From Paramicrosporidium saccamoebae KSL3 (taxonomy: Eukaryota; Fungi; Cryptomycota), in assembly GCA_002794465.1 (NCBI GenBank), contig MTSL01000172.1:1-25149 (forward strand): DNA of 25,149 nucleotides, written 5' to 3'. The notes under the pieces were generated by a model. It was not told where the DNA came from. It worked only from the letters and a program-made list of their open reading frames with translations, and did not search any database. The position numbers were made by a program, and so were the translations under genes. Positions 10,601-18,991 of this stretch are shown one piece after another (the stretch's first letter is position 1; the number at the start of each line of letters is the position of its first letter).

Positions 10601-13600
10601 GTTTGGCAAGAGAATCAAGATGTCTTTCACACTCCAACCATTATCAATACCATCAAGCGATGGTCTCAGGAATGCAAGCTGTTCCTGTCTGAAGATACCA
10701 GAGATGTTTCATCCGACGCTGCTCCGCTTGTTGTAAAGGATTTGCTGCCAGAAGCAGAGGAGGGGCGAAAGGCTGAATTGGAGAAGCGTGAACTTGAGCT
10801 TGGACCCGGCCATGAGCAGGAGGGAGAATCTCAAGCTAATCCAGAGCCGTCTCCTGATGTTCAAATGTCGGAAGAGTCTCAGTCCATGGCATCGGCAGAG
10901 GGTCCTGTTGAAGTTTACGAGGACATGGGACCTGATAGAGAGTTCCTTGAAGCACTGCCGTTTGAGATGCGGAGAGAGGTGCTTGAGCAGTACTTTGAAG
11001 AGAGGCGGCATAACATTTCTGATGGCGCAGATGTTCATATTAACGAAGATTTCCTTGCGTCTCTCCCTGCAGATCTACGAGAGGATTACCGACGTCTTAG
11101 CCAGCATGAAATTGATCGCTACCGAAGGAGGGGCGGAGGTCGATTGGGAGAGATGGACATTGGTGCTCTGTTGGGAAATCTTACATCTGATGTGGAACGA
11201 ACATTGACTGAAGTATATGGCGGAATAACGACCATTGAACAGTCGCTGCAGCGGACCAGACAGGACAATCGACAATCTGACGAAGTGACTCACTTGATCA
11301 GCGCACTAAGCGATTCGATGAGGCGTCTTCGTGAAGGTAGTACTAGTGGTGCGGGCATTAGCAGTGGTGGAGACACTAGAGCTAGCGGAGATCGAGCTAG
11401 TGGCGATCGAGCCACACAGAGCCAGCCAAGCGTCTCTATTGCCAAGAGAGACTATGCCAACATGGTCAATGTCTCTTCTTTGGCCACCATCCTCCGTCTC
11501 TATTTTGATCCATTAATGACGGAACATCGGACCCACATGCGCCTCTTCCAACATTTGTGTGCCGGTAATTCTACGCGAGCGGATCTTTTGAACATGTTGA
11601 TTTATATTTTGGAGGAGATGCCCGACAATGTTAATAGCCTGGACGCAGTGCTGGAGAATTTTGTCATCCTTAATGGGTCGGGAGGGAAGAGCAAGTCGTC
11701 CACCCCACGTTCCACCCCAAAGAAAAAGTCTCCGCTGGTAAAGTCACCAGTGCATGCCGATCCATTTGGAGGTTCTGCGTACGTAGTGATCCAGCAAAGA
11801 ACGTTGCAAGTACTAATGCAGCTGGTCCAACATAACAGTGATGTTCGACAATTCTTCATTTCGTGCTATGACTCGCCGTGGACAATCAAGAGATTTGACC
11901 GAAAGGCAGAGAAGGGTGCAAAGCCGACCATTGTCAGCACAAAGTATCCCATAGTTCTTCTCCTTGCATGTCTTGAGAGGCAGGCATTTGTGCAAATCCC
12001 ATTGCTTGTTGAACACTTGCTACATTTGCTTCAGATGATCACTTTACCCCTCAAGGAAAGGAAAGAGGCGGACAAGAACAAGGAACAGGACAAGGGTGAG
12101 GGTGCGGGTGCGGGTCTTCCTGACATTCCTTCGTCGTTTGTCTCCTCCCTCGTTCGTGCAATTATTCAGAGCGAATTGAGCCCAAAGGCCTTCCAATACG
12201 CCACTCAGGCATTTCAAAATCTGTCATTAGTCGATCGTGTGGCAAATGTTATTCTCACTGAACTTGCAGACTTGTCTATTCGGTTGGCCCATGGCGCTGC
12301 GCTTGAAGTGGATGGCTTGTTGCCAGTGATCAAGTCTTGTGATAAGGGAAAGATAAACGAGGCGCTCAAGGTAATGTCTGTTCCTCAGTCCTCCCAATCA
12401 AAGTTGCTGCGTGCCATGAAGATGCTCAGCAGCACAATATTACGGCCTCTGAAGGCAGACGAGGAACGTTCCCAGACCTTTGACACTCTAAGCGAAGTCG
12501 AGGGGATTTCTTGGGACTCGGCCAAGGAGAATGCAAAATCAGACTGTTGGCCTCGGTTATTCAAAGCCCTTGATAACTGCCTGACGGACATTGGTGAAGA
12601 ATCCGAACTCTATCACGTTGCCACGGGACTACTTCCCTCGCTCGAATCGCACTTTTGGCACGTTCGTCAAGCAGCCCTGCTGGTGCCAGAACAACGAGCG
12701 TCTGTAGAGGATGCCGTCTTTACCTTTGCCGAAAGGAATCGGCTGATTTTGAACACTATGATCCGCAGCAACTCGTCACTGCTCAGCACAGGTGCCTTTA
12801 TCCTGCTGACAAAGATGCCCCGTGTACTAGACTTTGATAATAAGAGGGCATGGTTTAAGACGCAGTTGGTGAAAAAGGGCGCCTCCCGGCCAACTTTGTC
12901 AATCCATGTTCGCCGAGCCCAGGTATTTGAAGATTCATTCCATGCCATCATGGCTCGTTCTAGTGAAGAAGGTAAGAGGATAGACATGGTTGTGTAATGT
13001 TTTAGTGAAATTTGGACGACTTTCCATCAAATTCTATGAAGAGGACGGACTGGATGCTGGTGGTGTGACCCGCGAATGGTTTGCAGTGTTGTCCAGACAA
13101 ATGTTTGATCCTAACAATGCCCTCTTCAAAGTGTCCACTGTGGATAAGATTACCTATCAGCCGAATCAAATGTCGTACATCAATCCCGACCATCTCTTGT
13201 ATTTCACCTTTATTGGAAGGATTATCGGCAAGGCCATTTATGACAACCGGCTGCTGGATTGCTACTTTACACGCTCTTTCTATAAGCATATTTTGCACAT
13301 TCCGGTAGATTTTAAAGACTTGGAAGCTGCTGATCCCGAATTTTTCAAAAGTCTGGTTTGGATTTTGGAGAATGACATTACCGACATTATGGAGCTTACG
13401 TTTAGCGTAGAGTCTGACGATTTTGGTGTCTTGAAGATTGTTGATCTGAAGCCAGACGGACAATCGATTGCCGTGACCGAGGCCAATAAGCGCGAATATG
13501 TGCGCTTGGTGACGGAGAACAAGTTGACGACTGCAATCAAGCCACAAATTGATGCATTTTTACGTGGCTTCCACGAAGTCATTCCGGCCTCTCTCATGTC

Positions 13601-14006
13601 GATATTTAATGAACAGGAACTCGAACTGCTCATCTCTGGAATGCCCGACATTGACGTGGATGACTGGAAGAACAATACCGAGTACTCTGGCTACAATGTT
13701 TCCTCGCCACAAATCCAATGGTTCTGGAGGGCAGTCCGGTCATTTGACCAAGAGTATCGCGCAAAATTGCTCCAATTCGTCACTGGAACATCCAAAGTGC
13801 CGCTAGATGGATTTGCCAGTCTACAAGGGTCCAGTGGAGTGCAAAAGTTCCAGATCCATCGGGACTATGGCGCCAAGGATAGACTGCCAAGTGCACACAC
13901 TTGCTTCAACCAACTCGATCTGCCGGAATACGAGACGTATGAACAGCTCCGAGACATGCTTAGCAAAGCCATTAACGAAGGTTGCACTGGCTTTGGTTTA
14001 GTCTAA
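4678..14006 (+). CDS. TOM1: HECT E3 ubiquitin ligase Tom1/HUWE1, 3086 aa; exons 4678-4719, 4754-12971, 13006-14006
   Basis: N-terminal [19 protein letters not shown] (DUF908-type start), central acidic region, and two UBM-like motifs ([27 protein letters not shown]). The HECT domain contains [26 protein letters not shown] and [14 protein letters not shown] (catalytic Cys). Two 34-nt introns join the frames cleanly (9261 nt = 3087 codons). Confidence 0.95.
4720..4753 (+). other. Spliceosomal intron, 34 nt (TOM1 intron 1)
   Basis: GTATCC...GGTAG; joins [14 protein letters not shown] to [10 protein letters not shown] in frame. Confidence 0.85.
9845..9940 (+). repeat. Coding 12-bp (tetrapeptide D-[DEG]-M-[DS]) tandem repeat, 8 copies, inside the Tom1 acidic region
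   Basis: Translation [32 protein letters not shown] is read directly from the sequence. Confidence 0.85.
12972..13005 (+). other. Spliceosomal intron, 34 nt (TOM1 intron 2)
   Basis: GTAAGA...TGTAATGTTTTAG; restores [13 protein letters not shown] at the start of the HECT domain. Confidence 0.92.
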
Positions 14007-14029
14007 GTCATCAATATGTGCCGTATTGT

Positions 14030-14195
14030 CGAATATTATCACCGGATATTATCATCGAATATTATTATCGAATACTATCACCGAATATTATCATCGAATA
14101 CTATCACTGAATATTATCACCGGATATTATCATCGAATACTATCATCGAATACTATCACTGAATATTATCATCGCATATTATCACCGGATATTAT
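14030..14195. repeat. 13-bp minisatellite, consensus CGAATAYTATCAY, 12 full copies plus a partial one, with ~78-bp higher-order period
   Basis: Units parsed by hand from 14030 at exact 13-bp steps; unit 2 = unit 8 and unit 4 = unit 10. Lies between the convergent TOM1 and NAS2 stop codons. Confidence 0.95.
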
Positions 14196-14264
14196 CGAAT
14201 GTTGTCGACAAGTAAGCAGTCAGCAATTGATAAACACTCAGTTAATAATCATCACTTGATGTAT

Positions 14265-14909
14265 TTATTTGTGTAGCGGTAGCAAAGTCATTAGACATCC
14301 AATTGAATTTCCTGTCTTTAGTGATAAATGCAGACTTAGATCCGTTTCGTTTCTTCTGATGCTCACCGTTAGGGTGGATTGAGTGCTTTTCATAGTCTCT
14401 ACCAGCTCAGCAACCTTGGCCATTGTTGTAAAAGTGTCCTTTGTGATGGCCCCGATTGACAATACAAGGTCGCCCGGAATTAGTCCCTAAATGTGAGTAC
14501 GGATGGAGCGTTACGGCGTTATGGGCCGGTGAATTTGGAGTGACCGTCTCAATGCGCAGAAAAGGTTGACGTTTGGCCTCAAACCCGCCGCTGTTTAGGG
14601 CTGCTGGTAACGCAGCCTCAATATGGGCCATGAGTTGTCGATAATCAGTCATCATTCCTACAAACTGTGGCCACCGTAGCGTGGACATACTTCTGGTGGC
14701 ACCACGGAGCTCCTTGACAGTGTACAAGTCAATATTTGGCAACGGGAATCCCTCGCTATCTACCAACGTCCTGTCCATACCGGGTCCCATCTAAATTGTC
14801 GTCACATTCTCCATGGTGGCACCTGTTCGAGTGTTGCAATGTTCTGTCGGATGCGCAGGTCAAGTTCATCCCGTTGTCGTATCATTTCGCAAAGATCATC
14901 GTTCGACAT
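14265..14909 (-). CDS. NAS2: 26S proteasome assembly chaperone Nas2/PSMD9 (p27), 183 aa; exons 14909-14823, 14790-14691, 14657-14515, 14486-14265
   Basis: N-terminal LVDSEGFPLPNIDLYTV...TDYRQLM..IE motif and a PDZ domain (PFLRIETVTPNSPAHNAGLIPGDLVLSIG, reconstructed across an intron). Exons sum to 552 nt = 184 codons. Confidence 0.88.
14487..14514 (-). other. Spliceosomal intron, 28 nt (NAS2 intron 3)
   Basis: GTAACG...CTCACATTTAG; restores SPAHNA-GLIPGD of the PDZ fold. Confidence 0.88.
14658..14690 (-). other. Probable in-frame, stop-less spliceosomal intron, 33 nt (NAS2 intron 2)
   Basis: GTATGT...TTTGTAG. Its removal gives VKELRGATRRMMTDY, the same 15-residue spacing as the family motif recalled as VRTARHNIICLQNDH. 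Confidence 0.75.
14791..14822 (-). other. Spliceosomal intron, 32 nt (NAS2 intron 1)
   Basis: GTGCCA...GTGACGACAATTTAG; phase 0, contains an in-frame TGA. Confidence 0.8.
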
Positions 14910-15024
14910 GGGTAAATTTTTGAAAAGCAGCGACATATATGTGACGTAGAGGACAGTGAAATGTATACATGACTGGTAAATATGCTGTGGTTTATTGTTA
15001 TTGTTCGTTATACAAACTAGTCTA

Positions 15025-16086
15025 TTAGCGATACGATTGCCATTGTTCGGCCGTCGCGGGGAAATTGTTTGAAGGTAGAGAATCCGCATTTGGCTCGTAA
15101 CGTGACACAATCCAGCTCAGTGCTGCCTGTAACGGATGGATAATCTTTGAATAAATCGTATTGTGCATGTGGTAGAACCATTGATTATATGCAACATTTA
15201 CATTGGGGTTGATCAGGACCCGGTTATATCCAGCCTTCCAGAAATCATAGCAGATCCAAAAACATTCTGAATGATAGATCTGCGATGCACTGGACGTCCT
15301 GAATGCAACCTTTTTAAAAAAGGGCTCTGCCTGCAAAACTGCTACTCCATTCCAGCAACTAAAGACTCTTACCGGCTTGCCATGTCGCTGCTGTTCTTTA
15401 GCGGTGGCGTCGTTGAAATAGGGGAAACTGGGCCTTATCTCACTTCCAGTGAGGTCTCGAGTAACCCAGCTGTCGTAAAAGCGGACATAAAAGTCCAGGG
15501 CACAGGCAATGTCGTATTCTCCGCGATTGGTGATCAGCAATTCGAGCAAATCTGTGGATTTGAACCAAATGTCATTTAAAAAAAGGACTCGGGTCATTTT
15601 CGGATCCCATTTGGTCATGGAATATAAAGGCTCGATTGCCTTATTCCGAAGTTCCGATAATAGCTCGATCCGATCCTTGTCATTTCGCTGAACAACCTCT
15701 TCAACAATAATCGAGTGACGTATACTCTGTTCTTTCAGTGATGCTTTTAAATTGTCCAAATGCCGCCTAGTGCCGTCTCGGCTATCGCCATTCTCCACGA
15801 TCGATACAAAAACATTATCATCGCCCAGCGAGTTGATAGTTTTCAAGAGCTCCCTTGTCCAATTGGCCATGATACTCTCATTGTCTTTTAATAAGGCCGC
15901 AATAAAGTACCTTTTCCCCGAAAGGATCGCCTTCGTGTCCTCTGGGGAAAGTGGTTTGCGCATTGAAGCATTTAAATCCACTGCATCAATCGTCACATAG
16001 ACCAAGAGGAGCACTGTTGTCCACCGTAAAAGCCAGCGAAGCCAGCTGACAGTGGATGTAGCGCTGTCTAGTAGACCCTCCTTCAT
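15025..16086 (-). CDS. Cap59/CMT1-family (GT69) alpha-1,3-mannosyltransferase, type II membrane protein, 353 aa
   Basis: N-terminal TM segment (WLLRWTTVLLLVYVTI). Family motifs YFIAALLKDNE, VFVSIVENGDSRDGT, RIELLSELRNKAIEPL, VLFLNDI (DxD-like), ACALDF..FYDSWVTRD, VFSCWNG and SECFWICYDF..G...INP. First ATG at 16086. Confidence 0.88.
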   Translation of the reverse strand: MKEGLLDSATSTVSWLRWLLRWTTVLLLVYVTIDAVDLNASMRKPLSPEDTKAILSGKRYFIAALLKDNESIMANWTRELLKTINSLGDDNVFVSIVENGDSRDGTRRHLDNLKASLKEQSIRHSIIVEEVVQRNDKDRIELLSELRNKAIEPLYSMTKWDPKMTRVLFLNDIWFKSTDLLELLITNRGEYDIACALDFYVRFYDSWVTRDLTGSEIRPSFPYFNDATAKEQQRHGKPVRVFSCWNGVAVLQAEPFFKKVAFRTSSASQIYHSECFWICYDFWKAGYNRVLINPNVNVAYNQWFYHMHNTIYSKIIHPLQAALSWIVSRYEPNADSLPSNNFPATAEQWQSYR

Positions 16087-16143
16087 TAGCCCTGGATACT
16101 GTCTCAATCAGCCGTAATAAAGCTATACGGTCGTGACATTGCT

Positions 16144-16501
16144 ATTGGAGGCAATCTTAGGGACCAATAATCTCATCTGTGGGACGGCATGATCACTTGT
16201 GAGTTTCAGGTACAGACTGCTGATTGGGGGATCCTACTAAATAACCAATCATAGTTTCCAGTGCACAGCTGCATTACCGTTCACATCAAGCACACATTAT
16301 CGATTGGTAATGCATTACGACTCTAAGCCGATCCTTTGGCAAACGAGCAATCTATAATTTGCGTGAAAATGATAACTATAATGATCCCCTTGCTAACGTA
16401 AGGTCGCTGAACAAGTAAAAGGTCCATAATTTATACAACAGTACTTGACATGTCACTCACATGGCCATAAACTAATAAAAATAATTGGAAATTGGCGGGA
16501 A
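16144..16501. promoter_or_regulatory. Divergent promoter (GT69 gene / kinesin-14) with seven CCAAT/ATTGG boxes and an E2F-like TTGGCGGGAA
   Basis: ATTGG at 16144, 16223, 16303, 16484 and 16491; CCAAT at 16164 and 16245; TTGGCGGGAA at 16492-16501, 9 nt before the kinesin ATG. Motif presence is direct; function is inferred. Confidence 0.55.
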
Positions 16502-16510
16502 GCATTTTTC

Positions 16511-18672
16511 ATGGAGAACCAAAAGTCGACTGCTAATACTCCCTCCAAGCTCCGTCCTCCAAAGTCGCGAAAGGAGCTAACAATTGCACCCACTGCGCCC
16601 GCTGAGCCCCTTGCGACTGTTGAGACTGAACCGTCAGAGGAGCGACGGGCCACGATGAAAAGACGGATAGAGTCTCCGCCACGCAATCCAGTCTTGCCCG
16701 CTGCTATTCCTGCTCCTACCATTTCTGGAGATCGAATGGTCAAGACATACAAAACATCAGCTGCAGTCACTGGACGGCCGGCGCCAGTCACAAAGCAATA
16801 TCCCCGCGCACCACCAAGGACGGCGGCTTCTGGGAAAGCGCCAATTCCTCGCACAACATATAATGCTTCAGATAGTATTGCCACTAAAACTGGTCAGCGG
16901 CCCGATTGGGACCACAAGGGAAAACTTGAAGAAATGGGACAAATGGTCGCCGAACTTAAAGCCCGAATGGAAAACTCTAACAGCTCTAATGACTCGATCC
17001 AAGCCAAGCTGACAGAGACTTTGGGCACTGTTCGAGTTTTGGAAGACGATAAAGCTCATTTGGCTGCAAAACTAGCGTCCAAAAGCAAAGAGGCGGAGGA
17101 TTTGGAAGAAGACTTGCGAAAACTAAGGCGACAGATGACTGTAAAATTTCCAATATTTTTAACTGTAGAATGATCAAAGTGAACTGCAGGAAGAATTTAC
17201 CCGGACAAAAAACAAGTTACAAAATGAACTTGATGACATGACCACAGGCCGAGATCGTCTCCAGGCCAATGTGGATAGTCTGGGAGCTGAGCTTCAAATT
17301 AGTCGGGAAGAGTGTGTTTCTCTAAAATCCACGTTATCCAAGCAATCGTCCTCTTTGACAGAATCAGACTCTCAAATTAGATCTCTCAAAGAACGAATTG
17401 AGAATTTAGAAAGTTCTACTTTGGCACAGCAAAAAAATATCGAATCTCTGGAATCGCAAATATCCACTCTCAACGAAGAACTATCTATTGCTGCCAGAAA
17501 ATTACAGGACGGCGAGACTCTCCGACGAAAACTCCACAATATGGTGCAGGAATTAAAGGGCAACATTCGTGTCTTTTGCAGAGTGAGGCCTATTCTGCCG
17601 CTTGAAATTCCCGATAATACTGTGCCTGAACAAGCTCTACGGCATTTAGCCGTGGGTGTGACTCCTGATGAACGGGATGAAATCTGCTTGACCCAGTGCA
17701 CCGAATCTGCCTCTGGAAATGCCATGTCAAAGTCGTATCCGTTCACCTTTGATAGGGTGTTTGATTGGAACAGCTCGCAAAAGGACGTTTTTGATGAAAT
17801 ATCACAGCTTGTGCAGAGCGCACTGGACGGATATCGCGTCTGTATCTTTGCCTATGGCCAAACTGGCAGTGGAAAGACTTTTACAATGGAAGGTGATTCC
17901 GAGAGGGCCGGAATGATCCCCCGCGCGGTTAATCAGATATTTGAATCTACCGAGTTGCTGGCAGAAAAGGGGTGGGCCTTTTCCTTTGAAGCATCGTACT
18001 TGGAGATTTACAACGAGACAATCAGGGATCTGCTTGCGAGCAAAGTCGATACTGATGCAAAGTACGATATAAAGCACGTGGAAGGAAAGTCGTATGTGAC
18101 AGACCTGACCGTCCTGCCCGTGGGTCAGCCAAATGAAATCATGTCGCTCTTGAAGAAGGCTGCAGCCAACCGCGCCGTAGCAGAGACGCAATGCAATGAA
18201 CGATCCTCGCGCAGTCACAGGTTAGGTTAATTTGCTCCACCTAATCCATAGTGTGTTTACCCTCAAGATTGCAGGCGAAAATTCAATAACCACTGAAAAG
18301 ATTGATGGTCTTTTGCATTTGATCGATCTTGCTGGAAGTGAACGACTGAGTCAGTCAGGTTCTACAGGCGACCGTCTAAAGGAAACCCAAGCCATTAACA
18401 AAAGTCTCAGTAGTCTTGGAGATGTCATTCATTCCCTCGCAAACAAAGAGGCCCATATTCCGTACCGGAATTCCAAGCTAACCTATTTATTGCAAAATTC
18501 CCTCGGTACTCCCACTTGAAACGTCTTATACATAGGTGGCAATTGCAAAACACTCATGTTTGTGAATATCTCGCCCTCGGCAAATAATTTGAACGAGTCG
18601 CTATGCTCCTTGCGGTTTGCAACCAAAGTCAATTCGTGTCAAATTGGCACAGCCACCCGTAAATCCAAATAA
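16511..18672 (+). CDS. KAR3: Kinesin-14 (Kar3/KlpA/KIFC1-type C-terminal motor), 690 aa; exons 16511-17140, 17169-18220, 18252-18505, 18536-18672
   Basis: Basic Pro-rich tail, coiled coil and the kinesin-14 neck [24 protein letters not shown]-loop [11 protein letters not shown], switch [12 protein letters not shown], switch [11 protein letters not shown], and [28 protein letters not shown]. Exons sum to 2073 nt = 691 codons. Confidence 0.93.
17141..17168 (+). other. Spliceosomal intron, 28 nt (kinesin intron 1)
   Basis: GTAAAA...TTAACTGTAG; links the two ORFs in frame. Confidence 0.88.
18221..18251 (+). other. Spliceosomal intron, 31 nt (kinesin intron 2)
   Basis: GTTAGG...CCTAATCCATAG; restores SSRSHS-VF. 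Confidence 0.93.
18506..18535 (+). other. Spliceosomal intron, 30 nt (kinesin intron 3)
   Basis: GTACTC...ACATAG with an in-frame TGA; restores [12 protein letters not shown]. Confidence 0.93.
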
Positions 18673-18746
18673 ACGAGGGATCAAGAAAGACTGCTTTATT
18701 AACTGTGACGCATCTAATTTAGACGTTTGGGAGCATAAGTAGACAC

Positions 18747-18919
18747 GATTGTTCTATTAAATCAGGACCAGCGGGGTGGATGTGTTTGCTGCATTAAATC
18801 AAGACTAACAAGGTGGATATGGTTGTTTTATTAAATCAAGAACAACGAGGTGGAGAAGGTTGTCCTATTAAATCATAACCAACAAAGTGGGCATGGCTGT
18901 TCTATTAAATCAGGAACAG
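18747..18919. repeat. Degenerate 37-bp tandem repeat (4 full copies plus a partial fifth), consensus GGTTGTTCT-ATTAAATCA-AGAACAAC-N-RGGTGGANAT
   Basis: Invariant ATTAAATCA at 18756, 18793, 18830, 18867 and 18904, at exact 37-bp spacing. Lies between convergent stop codons. Confidence 0.92.
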
Positions 18920-18991
18920 AGTACTATTCATGTCTTGGTTCTGTAGTCGTTAGTCCCTCACAGTGTTAGTTTACACTCCACCACGTGCCAT

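Noticed and set aside
11379-11415. 15-bp coding repeat (RASGD x2.5) in Tom1
   Set aside because: A short slippage duplication in a disordered linker; ordinary.
12972-13005. Frameshift, pseudogene or programmed recoding splitting Tom1 from its HECT domain (similar breaks in kinesin, Nas2, TBP, PCID2)
   Set aside because: Each break is explained by a canonical GT-AG intron that restores conserved motifs.
14026-14259. 77-aa ORF with a 26-aa repeat
   Set aside because: It starts at TTG and is simply the translation of the 13-bp array (6 units = 78 nt).
15025-16086. Horizontal transfer of the GT69 gene inferred from lower GC
   Set aside because: Four 60-nt hand samples gave 35-43% GC versus 43-53% in three Tom1 samples. 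The ranges touch and the sample is too small; only a phylogeny could decide.
18747-18919. CRISPR array (37-bp palindromic units)
   Set aside because: The units are contiguous with no unique spacers, they are degenerate, there are no cas genes, and the context is eukaryotic.
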